From a virus, in IMG/VR virus record IMGVR_UViG_3300046170_000433, positions 1-64,000 of that record: DNA of 64,000 nt; one strand, 5' to 3'. Of the stretch, positions 29,542 through 41,367 are shown in pieces. The stretch's first letter is position 1. Each line of letters opens with the position of its first letter. The position numbers and the translations under genes were made by a program. The notes beneath the pieces were generated by a model. The model ran no database searches and was not told the DNA's origin. It saw nothing but the letters and a program-made list of their open reading frames with translations.

Positions 29542-30186
29542 TCAGTTTCTTATGCCCTGCACAAGATTTTGGTAAGATGTAGTCTTTGGCATGGGCTTAA
29601 TTGCTGTTGCTTTACCAAGTGCAGACCTACGTGCCTCGAGATTATCCTTTATGTTCTGAGGCTCATTAACACCGAATCTTTTCCCTACACCCTCAGCTGC
29701 ACCCTTTATCCCATTATCCTGAAAACCACGTACTGCATCAGGACCAGCTATACCTGCTAATACACTCGCCCCTGTTTTAACTGGCAACGGCCCAGGGGTT
29801 GCTTTGAAAGCAGCTGCAGCTGCACTCATGCTAGATAAGGTATCTTGAGTTAAATCTTTATTTACCTCGGTCTGTGCATCAGAGGCATACTCCTCTTGAG
29901 TTTTCATGTTACTCTTAATCTGAATAATTGAGTCCTTTTCTTGCTCAGCAACACCCTCATAAAGTGCAATCATTTCATCAACATATTTATCATCAATGAC
30001 ATCATTCTCTCTGACTACTGACACGACATTACTTAAAGGCTCTGTACTATTACTATCTTCCATTGGTTCTGAGAATGCTTGCTCTAGCCCCATAGTTGGC
30101 TCTGGCTCCTGGGAAAATGCTTGCTCTAGTCCCATGGTCTGCTCGGACTCTATTGGTTCTGAGAAAAAATCTTCTAACTGGCTCAT
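29542..30186 (-). CDS. Putative internal virion protein
   Basis: Position in the late block; duplicated TMGLEQAFS peptide. Confidence 0.7.
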   Translation of the reverse strand: MSQLEDFFSEPIESEQTMGLEQAFSQEPEPTMGLEQAFSEPMEDSNSTEPLSNVVSVVRENDVIDDKYVDEMIALYEGVAEQEKDSIIQIKSNMKTQEEYASDAQTEVNKDLTQDTLSSMSAAAAAFKATPGPLPVKTGASVLAGIAGPDAVRGFQDNGIKGAAEGVGKRFGVNEPQNIKDNLEARRSALGKATAIKPMPKTTSYQNLVQGIRN

Positions 30187-32206
30187 GGCTTAATCGTCTG
30201 CGGTATAGGAGCAAGGTCACCATCTTCTTCCATGCGATCCATTGCACCCTGAATTTCTTGCGATGTGGCATTCGATTCGTCTAATCCTTCAATTCCGCGA
30301 GCAGTTGGTGCAGAGGATGCATCTATTCCCCCACTCTTTAAATCTTTCAATTCTACAACAGCCTCTTTAGCTTGTTGCATTCTTGCCTGCTTATATTCCA
30401 GTACAGCTTTTTGTGCTTCGGCTAGTTCTTTAGCTGCCTCCACAACCTCAGGGTCCTGCTTGATCCAGCCTAACTCCTGCCCAAGTGCCTTACCCAGAAC
30501 AATAGCCTCATAAACTGCTGTTGCAAGTCCTGCACGAGCAGCAAGTTTTTTAGTACCCTTTGTTGCAAGCTTCTTTTTGACCCTTTGAGAAAAGCTGTCA
30601 GTCTTCACCTTTAGCTCTGAATCCATATGGTTAGCTAGCTTCTGCTCGTACTCATATCGATTTCTTAAATCCTTCCTTGGATCACCAGACTCAGTAGGCA
30701 TAGGCTCACTAAAAGGCTTCATATTATTATTACTTAAGAATGTATTTATATCCTTAGCTTGGGTAAAGTAGCCTTGCGTTTTTATTCTATCATTAATTCT
30801 TTTCAGGGAAGCCTCTTTTTTCTTAACCTTTAATTCATTCTTCGCTCTGCGGTCATCTACTATATTTTTAGCAGTCATAGCAGATGGAACAGCTACAGAT
30901 GCAATGGTAGCTGCAATCGCCTCCATCTAAATCTAATTCACCTAAGCCATCTGTAACAAATGTTGCGGCAATCACTTATTGCCTCTGCTGTATCTAAAGT
31001 TGGCGAATAGAAAGAATCATCTTTAGCCTCCTCTAGGGCTATGCGCTTTCTATCTACATTTTTCTCTAGATCACCCTCTTCCTTTTTCTTAAGAGCAAAC
31101 TCATCAAATTCCTTTTCGCTTGCTGTCTCTCCACCCTCAGTCCTTGCCTTTAGCTACACTAGATTCATCTGCACCTTCTTCCTCTAGACCAGAACGCGAG
31201 TAACCATCTAGTACATTTGGGTCATCAGTAAGCTCAACGAGCCTACTTTTGAAGGCTTCTTTAATAATTGAAATGCCCTCTTTACTCGACTGCTTACTCG
31301 ATATCTTTAGTGACATCTGGTCATATTCACTTATTAAATCATTAAGTTGCTTCTGTTGCTCACTATGATCTGTAAGCCTTGCCTGTAGCTTTCCCTGAAT
31401 ACCGCCAAAAGCTTGGTCTTTAGAACGACCTTGCTCAATAAGCTTACTAGTAAGAAGTTTCTTTTTGCTGTTCATTGAGAGTAGGCACATCTTTCCATGA
31501 AGCACCTTCTCTCCCTGTAATCCCCTCCATAAGGTTTTCAACAAATTCTATGTCATCATCTTCTGCTTCACCTGAATTCATTATTTGATCAACATCTACA
31601 ATGACCCCCTGCATTCAATTGCTCTTTATTAGTTAGTCTCTGTCTAGCAAATTCCTGACGAGCTAGCGTAATATTCTTACGCACCTCTTCTAAATTACCA
31701 CTACCCGCCTCCACATCAAGTATAGCTGCAAACCCCTTCTTGAGGGTCATTATTTCCGACTCCTTCTGTTCCTGTCTTTGACGTCTTTTTTCTTTAAAGA
31801 AAAGTTGATTCTTCTTTGCAGCAGCTTCTCTCTCAGGCGCCCCTCTATCCCATTCGATTTTATCTACTGCATCTTCCCTCCGATATCTCTCCTCACGATC
31901 TGCTAAAACCTCAAGCCTCTTGCGGTCTTCATCATCTATTTCTCGGTTACGATCACGGACATCATCACGAAGTTCTTGTCTACGAATACGCTTCTGATCC
32001 TCGAGATACTCTCTTCTGTCCCTCATATCATCCTGCTTGGCAAACATGCGATCATACACACGACCTGCTTGAGGATTTATTACTCCACGACTTGGAGTTG
32101 TTGGTGCAGGACCAGCTGTTGGCGCACCAGCCATAGGTACGCTTGGACGGATAGCTTGACCAGCCATCCCAGGATCCATGTTAATTGGAAGTATTTGGCT
32201 CATCAT
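30183..32206 (-). CDS. Putative internal virion (ejection) protein, fragmented by frameshifts
   Basis: ORF pieces 31589-32206, 31137-31544 and 30183-30926 with coding-like gaps; charged coiled coil. Confidence 0.55.
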
Positions 32207-32209
32207 AAA

Positions 32210-33538
32210 TTAACTCCCACGGTCAATCCATTTGAATCTAGATTCACATCTATTGGGCCATCTCCCATCTCCATCTGCTCCACTACCTTCTCCAATAGCA
32301 TCGCCTGCTGCATTGATTTCACTCTCAGGTGTGTTGGTCATTCCAAATTGGTTGGAAGGAATAATAGGTAATCCGTCTGCATCAACAAGTCCCATCCTTG
32401 TACCTATCTCATATATAGCACCAAACTCGCCAAGAAGTGCTTCGTATGCTGCAAACATTTCTGCGCCTACAGAGTTTACGATCTGATTATAGAATGCCGG
32501 AATATTCTTAAGGTTATTAATCCTATTAACCATAACTTGTTGCTCTGATGTGTATTCTCCATCAAGAGCAATTGACTCGTTACCAGTCTGTTCAGCTAGC
32601 ACCTGCATGAGACTTGGGTTTTGTAGAAGCTCCTTGGTTGAATCAACAATAGCTTGATACTTCTCTTCGGCAGTTGTGATTTCCATATTACCCTCATCGA
32701 CTGCTTGCTCGATGAGTTGCTCAGCAAGCTTAACTGCTGGCAAAGTCTCCTCTTGGGTTGACCCTACTACATTTGCAACTTCATCAGCTACCGTCAGACG
32801 ATCATCCTCTCTCTGCTTCATCTGATCAAGCATACCTGTAGCTGTATCTATCTTTGCCCCCTGCTTTCTCACCTTCCTTGAGAGTTGTATTCTGTAAGGT
32901 TCTTTCTGCTTCTCCTAGTGTTGCTGCATTATCTAAATTTGAGTACTCATTGGCTGCCCTCATCTCAGCCTCTAATCTCATTCTGTCCCCTGTACCTGTA
33001 GTAGTTGATTCCCCACGACGCATCGCTCCGAGACGATCTGCTCTTAGGGGCATCTGTTACATTTTGATACTGGTTTCTGTTTGCATCGTACTGAGCCTGA
33101 GTAAGGCTATTGGATGCTGTCTGTATATTATCAAACTTGGTGTCGAAGGTATTCAGATTGTCTCCCTCGACGGTTTCCAACATACCTGTAAGGTTAGAAA
33201 ATTTATCATCAATCGCACCAAGCTTCATGTCGGCACTCTTATCAGCATCTGACAGAGTCTCCTTTAGAAGGTCTTGCTCTGCACTTGGTAGGCTAATTGT
33301 GTTAACCTAATTGATCGCCAACATTAGTAGCTAGACCTGCGTCAACATCTGACTGAGTCGCACTATATGTATCTCCATATATACCCGTGGTTAAGTCAAG
33401 TACCAGTCGGTGTTGTGTTTGCAAGACCTGTCGTTTTTGCAGTATCAAAACCAGTGGTAGTATTGTTCTGAGTGTTATCAAACCTCAGAGCATTATTCTG
33501 ATTATTATTCTGATTATTATTCTGTCTTTGTGATGCCA
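32210..33538 (-). CDS. Putative internal virion protein, fragmented by frameshifts
   Basis: Starts MASQRQNNNQNNNQNN at 33538; pieces 32965-33228, 32826-33053, 32210-32872. Confidence 0.55.
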
Positions 33539-36500
33539 TTATGATCTGTATACGGGTGGTGTTTTTGCAGGTGGAGCTTCCTGTGCTGCTGCCTCCTCAG
33601 GCTCAATTATTTCTGGGTCTACCTTTGTTACAAACGGCTTACCCGTAGCTGGGTTAATACCATTGTCCCTTTGGTACTGAGCATATTCCTCTGAGGTCAT
33701 TTCTTCGATTGGACTTATAGTCATAACGGGGCCGTTATAATCGGACTCTGGAGCTAGCTTAATCTTAGTCGTATCGATTGTATAATTATCAGATTCTTCT
33801 TGCGGTGCAGTTTTGCCTAAAGGATTGATGTTCTTGTAAAACTGGTTCTGCTTAAGCTCGTCACTTGGCTGAGGCATATTATCTAAGCCGTCACCTATTC
33901 CTGCTACATCAATCTCCTTCTGAGTGTAAGTATCTCCGAGTCCAGTTACTTTACTTAAGTCCTTAAACTCAAGCTTCGGGTCTAGCTGTTTTTCGAACAG
34001 ACCACCTTGCTCACGAATACCATTATCTGCACCTACAACTCCCCCACCAAACCTCGCAAGCCTCACCCTATCCATGGCTCTATCTCTTGCTCGCTCGACT
34101 GGATCAAGGTCTTCCATGGCATTCCTAAGCTTAGAACTTATATCTAAGTCCCTTTGGGCATCCATTGCCCCTAAGTAATTCTGCTGATCACGCAGAGAAC
34201 CCTTCATCTCATTATAATCCTCCATCATGCCCTGCTGGGAATCCTTATCATCCCCATAGATATAATTCAGAGCATTCATTCCCTCTCTCGCATAAAGACC
34301 TAAGCTTTCATCCTCTTCAGTATTAGGATCGTCTACACCACCAGCAATAATACCCTTTGCACGAAGAGCATCCATCTGCTTATCAACTGCAGCTTGGTAC
34401 TTACTTTTACCCTCATACTCATCAAGTGGATTAAGCAGATCATCTAACTGTTGGTTTATAACCTTCTTACTACCATCAATGAGTCTCTCCTGCTCTTGCA
34501 TGAAGGTCTGCTTGCCAGGCATATCTGGTCTAAATGCTCTAGTCTCAAGCTCGCCTGTCTCAGGATTTAAGTACTCAAAGTAGTAACTTAGGTTCTCATC
34601 GTAATCTGGGTTACGAATAATCTGACCAACCTCTTCAGCTAGCCCTGCATCTACATCTGATTGCGTGGCTGCACGACTTGGTTTTGCTGCTCTAATAGCA
34701 AGCTTCTCCTCAAGAGTCATGCGAGGATCGAGCATAGCTGCACCTCGTGCATCGAACATATCGAGGTTAGTAGCAATGTTACCCTTACGGGCATTTACTT
34801 CAGCTACCTGCTCAACAATGTCATCAACAAGTCCCTCTGCTGCTGCTACATCCTCACGACCTGTAGCCCAATCCATCAAGTCTTTATATACCTCAGTCTT
34901 CTTCAAGAAGCCCATGATCAGCCCTTGATCCCAGCCCTCATATGAAAGGTCACGAGCTATTTCATTTAACTGCTTTCTTTTTTGAGTTAAGACTTGGTCG
35001 GGGTCATAGAATGCACCATCATCATCGTAAGAAATTCTTTTAGGTATATTAGTCCCAGGCTCAACTGGGGGCGCACCTTCATTTTCTTCATTAGGCGCAC
35101 CAGCAGGAAACTCAACTGTACTACCATCCTCATTGAGCCATTTAGTAGAAGTACCCTCACCCTTTGCATATGCCCAACTTTGAGTTCTGTTGGAGAAAAA
35201 CCAATTCTTATCAATAGAAGGATCATTCCACATCCAACCTGTATCCTCACTCCAATTCCACTTAGAATCAGGATCATCATACCACCATCCATTGTAGTCA
35301 TTACCCGTGTACATCTTCCAATTAGGACTTTCGGGAGATGAAAAGTATGCTCCTAGCTCATCTCTATACCAATCCGGCACAGGATTTCCATCTTCACCTA
35401 GCAATGGTTGGTCTGTATTGGGCTGTGTATTATTCATGTCACCAGGATTTGTTGTGTCGGAGGGACTACCTGTATCAGAAGCCGGAGGATTACCTGTATC
35501 AGAGGCAGGGGGATTGCCTGTATCAGAAGCAGGGGGAGTCGCATTACCAGTATCAGAATCAGGCTCGAGGAATATCTCACCACTCTTAACTTGTGAGGCA
35601 TCCATGTAAGTGCCTGTATCATAGTCATAGAATTTCCCTGTATTCATGTCAGGGTAAACCCATTCACCAGAATCAGGATCCTCACCTTGTTCCTTAGCCC
35701 AGAAAAACATACCCTTATCAGTTTGGTGTGGATACATCCATGTACCTGCTTTTCCGACCAAAACCAATCGGGGCTATTTTCTTCATCCTGATAAAACCAC
35801 CCCATACTTAAGGAGTAATTCCAGCCGTCTCTGTCGCCCGTACCCTGATTGATTGTTCCAAACTTTTCGTGACTTACCCACCCTGGCGCATCAGCTCCTG
35901 ACCAATAGGATTCTGTCTCTACTCTTTTGCCATTCTGAATCTCTGAGTCACCATAATAGCGACTGCTTTGATCAAAACTATAAGGAGTAGTTGCCTTATA
36001 AAAATCTAAATTCTCTAGGTTAGAGTCCATGGAAAAAGAATCACCATTATCTACTAAGCCAGTTAATTCTATTCCTGTTACATCATATGTCTCGCCCTTC
36101 CTGAACTTACCAAATTCTGTAATTAATTTACTTACAGAATCAGGATTAGCAGCAACAAGAATTGCAGCTGCATCATCATCTATACTTTTACCATACAAAC
36201 CTGATGTTGCTATTTTTACATTATCAATAACATTATTAAACTTATTGAAGCCCATGTCATCCCACCTCAGCATCATCATTTTTCGTTTTCTGTGCTTTGG
36301 TCAACTCTGTTGAGTTTATTGCTGCCTTGACTTGCTCGTTGGTCAGATTGGTACCTGTTGGTGGTTAAAATACCCGAGCCATCCGTTCTTCCATGTCGGT
36401 AAACTTCATTCCAAAATGCCCAACAACCAAACCCAGCTTCGGACATTGCCTTGCCACCCATGTTTTCCTTGGCACATTCCTTGCCACCTTCTGTCTCAAT

Positions 36501-36808
36501 GCCCTGGAACTCTTCACTTAAATTACCAATCTTGCCGATACCTCCAGCTATCTCTCCCTCAATTTTTCCCCTTTTCTGCACCTCTAGATTGTATGTACTT
36601 ATTTGACCAAACACCCCCCTTTCGATTCCAATAATCTTGAAGATCAGGTCGCTCATCATAGAACTTTTGGTAATCTGTACGAGATATGCTTTTCTTGGAA
36701 CTGTTTAGACCAAGATTATCCTCCATCTCCTCTGGGGACACCTTTACCATCGCCATCGGTATCTGCAATAGCTAGATACTTAGCATGCTCTAGCTGGGAA
36801 AGTGCCAT
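33539..36808 (-). CDS. Large virion protein with Trp-rich repeats, fragmented by frameshifts
   Basis: Starts MALSQLEH at 36808; pieces 36559-36768, 36276-36659, 35644-36279, 33539-35767. Confidence 0.6.
35455..35558 (-). repeat. 24-bp tandem coding repeat (PPASDTGN, about 4 copies)
   Basis: CCTGTATCAGA recurs every 24 nt. Confidence 0.85.
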
Positions 36809-37144
36809 TAGGATTCTAGGTCTTTTTCTAATTCGGCCCGCTCTTCTTCTGAGAGGGATTCTGCAACTCTAGCAAGTGACTCTTTATATTCCCCTTCAAG
36901 CCTATCGTTGATTTCATTGTAGCTAGCAATCACATCTTCCGTATAAAGCTTAGCCCTTATGTCATTAACTTGCTGTGGAAGCTCTGAACCATCTCCATTG
37001 TAATTCGGGTCAATCGTGCCATGGGAAACTGAAGAGCTGATGACTTTATCGTCCTTGATCACCTCCATATTCTCAGCATAAGTGATCAGATAATTCGGTC
37101 TGATTGTTATTGATTGTAGAGTTGTTTTTTTCCTGTATGCTCAT
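36808..37144 (-). CDS. Small tail-fibre-associated protein (ORF 36808-37068 plus a probably frameshifted 5' part)
   Basis: VIKDDKVISSSVSH resembles chaperone-like genes that follow tail fibres. Confidence 0.5.
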
Positions 37145-37147
37145 TTT

Positions 37148-40100
37148 TTAATCTGTTGTAATATAATCTATTGATCCATGAATTGCGTTTGTTGCAGCGG
37201 GCAAATCAGTTGGACTAGTATTTGTCGGGAACTCCATCCAAATGTTTCCATCGTATATCCTAAACATTAATGCCTTCATGTAACCTTCTAGCGTATAACC
37301 CTGCCCAAAAGCTCCATTATTATATACATTATATATGCCTGTAACGTGTTGCGGGTTGTATATGGCAAAAGGCAATCCATCGTATCTAACCGACCCATAA
37401 TATCTCATACCTACAGTAGTGTCTCGAGTTACAGCAAAATCCATATGAACGTGCTTACCCTGCTTAACGTAGGTGTAATATAATTTAGAGTTACCTGAAA
37501 AGGTCGTACCATCGTAGACCATATTAGCCCCACGTGTACCAAACTCATAACCAACATCCAAATTCCCTTGCCCGTACTCGATATCTAGCGCTGGTGCTAT
37601 GCTAATCTCAGGGTCGAAGTAAATTGTTCCATCCGACCCCATGCCAGACCAATTCAACATCATGATACTAAACCACTTGCAAGTAGGCGCTACGTCGAAT
37701 GTATAGGTATACTGCGTTCTAGAGCTTGAAATACTTGCATTGTTTCGCAGCCAGTGAACCCTAGTATCCTCCACTACATAGGATTCACCAGAGCTTGCAT
37801 TATGGGATATGGCAACTTTGCCTTCAGGTAAAGTGCCGTCATACTCTGCGACCCCCGATGTAAAAACCACTAGAGAAGTTAGTATTAGCTTTAGCCAATA
37901 TAGTAACTGTGTATTTTAGTATACCAGGCTGCACCTTAAATGCCCGACTAGTTGCACCCGATGTTGTGTCATTGATAGCAGTAGGATGTAACTTTGATAG
38001 CTTTAGCTCATGGTCATACTTTAAATCCATGTCGTAGTTTGCAGAACTACTACTTCCGTATGTAGCAAACCAATCGCCATGAAAAGCTGCTCTTGAACAT
38101 ACATTTTCCGTATGAAGGATTTTTGTAACTCTTCTCCTAGCTGTTGAATGAGAAGAGGAACCATTATTGGTGAAGAAGGATAAGCCCCATTGACCGTCAC
38201 CCATCATGATTTCATTGGTTCCGCCCTCCAAGAAAACCGTTCCGGCATTTGTCGCACCTAATCGACATTTCGTATAACCATCTATACCCATACCGATCTT
38301 TACTTCGCCAGGTACTGTGCCTTCGTTCCCAGGAACTTGGTTAACATAAAATGAACTAAAACCGCTGTCCGGCCCATAGGCGCTGGAACCAGCACTACCC
38401 ATGAACCCTTCTGCCTCTATCGAGTAAACTTTCTTGGATGATGATGAATATTCCGTATGCCATTGGTCTATAGGACTTACTCTAAGGCCATTTTGGTGAG
38501 TCACATTACCAGTAACCGCTAGGTCGCCACTTACAGTTACACCTGAGCTAGTAGTCTCTAGCTTCATTGCCCCATTGTGGAACAATTCAGTCTCTGCATT
38601 CTGCCTGCAAATCAATCCCCACTCATTATTGGTGTCGTTGTAGATTCCAACAAACGAAGCACCATTCGACATTAACACCCAATCATCCTGAATGGCATAT
38701 CCTGCATACCCATTTGTAGTAGATGTTACTTTTACTGAGCCATAGCTACCAGTTACATCTTTAATCTTCTGACTAGCACTCGATACCGTAGGATACGCAG
38801 GCAAGTTTCCGGCGTGGTACACCGTGTGGCCATTTATCGTTGTAAGAGCATCTGCCCCTCGGACTCTGAAACGATTTCCATTTGCCGCATAAACATCCAA
38901 CAAATAACCCTCGGTATTAGTTGAATCATTTCTGATATGCACGGCCGAGTTCGGGCCATTCATATAAATATAATTGTTGGTTTGTTTCGAATTAACGAAC
39001 CTGAATCCCCAATCATCTACATTGGTGGTCAAATCCCATCTACTACCTTTGGTGATCGTGTCGTCCGCATCGCTACGAATGAAAGAACTCGCATGAAGAC
39101 CATCAAGTTTGTCAGCATCTAGCCCTGAGCCTGAACCATCGTTTCCGGCATGGTACGCTTCGTGTCCAAAGATGTATGCTTTGTTAGTGTCACCTTCTAG
39201 GGCTAATGGGTACGGAGTCTCCCATATATTATTCGCATCATCTATTGGAGAATCATTACCAGATGCATCTCTGTCTACTAATATATAAAAATTATTACTA
39301 TTTACATGGATATACCAATCATCCGCTACATGAGTATCGTTAAATTTAATTGTAGGATGTTCACCTCTTAGGTGAATAGATGGGTCATCCCATGATCCAG
39401 TATGATTAATTTCTAGCTTACCTTGAGGATTCGTAGTACCAATACCGACATTGCCATCGGAGTCGATTCGCATTTTTTCTGCTGAATTTGTGTCGAATCG
39501 CATATAGTTATCTGCATTGTCATATAAAATCCTACCCTTCCAATCAGTTGCGCTTTCGGAAAAATCAATATATGCTCCAGCTGGTGCATTAAGTTGAAGT
39601 ATGGCGCGCTGACCACCTACAGACCTTACTCCCATATGAACACCAGTACCCAAGGGAGTTGTTCCCATTCCTCCTGCTACATGAAGGGCTGAACCAGGAT
39701 TCGTAGTACCAATTCCGACTCGGCCACCACTTGGAGCAAGCAATATGTCACCAGCAGTGGTTGCGGAACCTAATTTTGATTCTAATATTAAACCATTAGC
39801 TCCATCGTGGTATATATCTGCTAGGTAATTGTTAGGATAAGTGGATGGAATATAGTTTAATCTAATCCCACTAGTACTATCGGGTTGCGCAATTGTTAAT
39901 TTACTTCCAGCAATATTACCAAAGGAAGGACTACTTCCTGATGTGTAAGCAGAAGAGGATATGGTGACTTGGTTAAAAGAGTCTTGGTTCACCGAAACAC
40001 TTCCGCTTCCGGAGAAGTTAAGTGTACCGCTTTTAAAACCAGTTACATGTCCAAATGAATCAAAGTCTATAGCTTGTACAAACCTGCGATTGCTGTATCC

Positions 40101-40430
40101 TAAATCACCTGTTGAATACCCTGCTAGAGTTCCTGGTCTATTTTGGTGAGTAAATACTCCTGATGCACTTAGAAGAAGTCCTGAGCCTGCACTTATGCCT
40201 AGATTGGCAGGGCTAATAATTCCATCAGATGTGATATTAAGCTCATCAATGTTGAGTCCAAGAATCTGATTAATCTTATTTCCTAGGTTCGTGAAGTTCT
40301 CATCTAGGGATTCGTGGGATAGCGGCGCAGTCTCCATACTGCGAAGCTTCATGACGTCTATGTCTCCAGAGCTAACGGAAAATGGGGGAGAATAGACAGG
40401 CGATCCAAAAGTTAACGGATTAATGCTCAT
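37148..40430 (-). CDS. Long tail fibre / receptor-binding protein, frameshifted near 37860
   Basis: GRVGIGTTNP and GNVGIGTTNP repeats, DADKLDGLHASSF, ELFHNGAMKLETTSSGVTV. Confidence 0.85.
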
Positions 40431-40452
40431 GTTATCAAGATAATTAGGTTAC
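40431..40452. promoter_or_regulatory. 22-bp palindromic motif
   Basis: Minus strand reads GTAACCTA-ATTATC-TTGATAAC, abutting ATG 40430. Confidence 0.8.
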
Positions 40453-40477
40453 ATACAAAGGCCAATCTTTTATTGGC

Positions 40478-41337
40478 TTATTTAAAGGTTATCGCACTTC
40501 CCCCGATTGTTATATTTCCTGATGCTGTGAGATGATCATATGCATCATTTGATACTTGGATTACTGTTACACTTACTGTGGTGTCTGTACCATCATGGCT
40601 GACTTCGTTTAATTGGTATACTATTTCTGCTGGTGTGCTGTAGGTAGTAGTGATTGTTGTGCTTTGGAATAGTGAAGTTGTTCCTGTTATTTCCACGACT
40701 CCGTTAGTTGCTACAGCGTCGAACTCAGATTTCAATATAGTGGCAGTACCAGTTGATGTGATACATCCACCAAGGGAAATCCTCAAGTTTCCCAAGGTCA
40801 TTACCATTGGTTTTAAGTCCAGCAACCTCGAGGTTTGCAGATACAGAAGTACTCCCAAGATCGGAAGCAGTAGCATCGGAGGTTGTAGTTGTCATCTTAA
40901 ATGAGTCCTGCCCCTCATCCCAATACATTGCCGCATTATCCTCTCCGCTACCTCTCTCGATCATGATGCCTGCATCACTTGTAGCGTTTGCATTATCACT
41001 AGCTCCTTTTGATAATAAAATCAAAGAGTCGGATATGGTTGAGTTGGTAGTATTAAGAGTTGTGACAGCACCATTTACAGTTAGGTCACCCGACAATGTT
41101 AGGTTTGTACCTGTTACATTGCCTGTGAAGTCTGCACCATCTAGCCTTGCATATTGAGTGAGGCTAGCAAGCTCAGTATCTACATAGTCCTTTGTGACTG
41201 CACCCAAAGGAGCAGTAGGATTAGCATTAAGTATTAAGTTTCCGGTCAGAGTCCCCCCCCGTAAGTGGCAGTCTCTCGCCTACCAATTGCTTTGTGGTTC
41301 TTCCGATTACGGTAAAGATAGATTCTTGTTCAGACAT
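40478..41337 (-). CDS. Tail fibre-like protein, frameshifted at the C-run near 41255 and near 40770
   Basis: LPLTGGTLTG...GAVTKDYVD, LSGDLTVNG and DAGIMIERG fibre motifs. Confidence 0.7.
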
Positions 41338-41367
41338 TATATATAGTGGTTGTTAGTTGGGTTAAAG

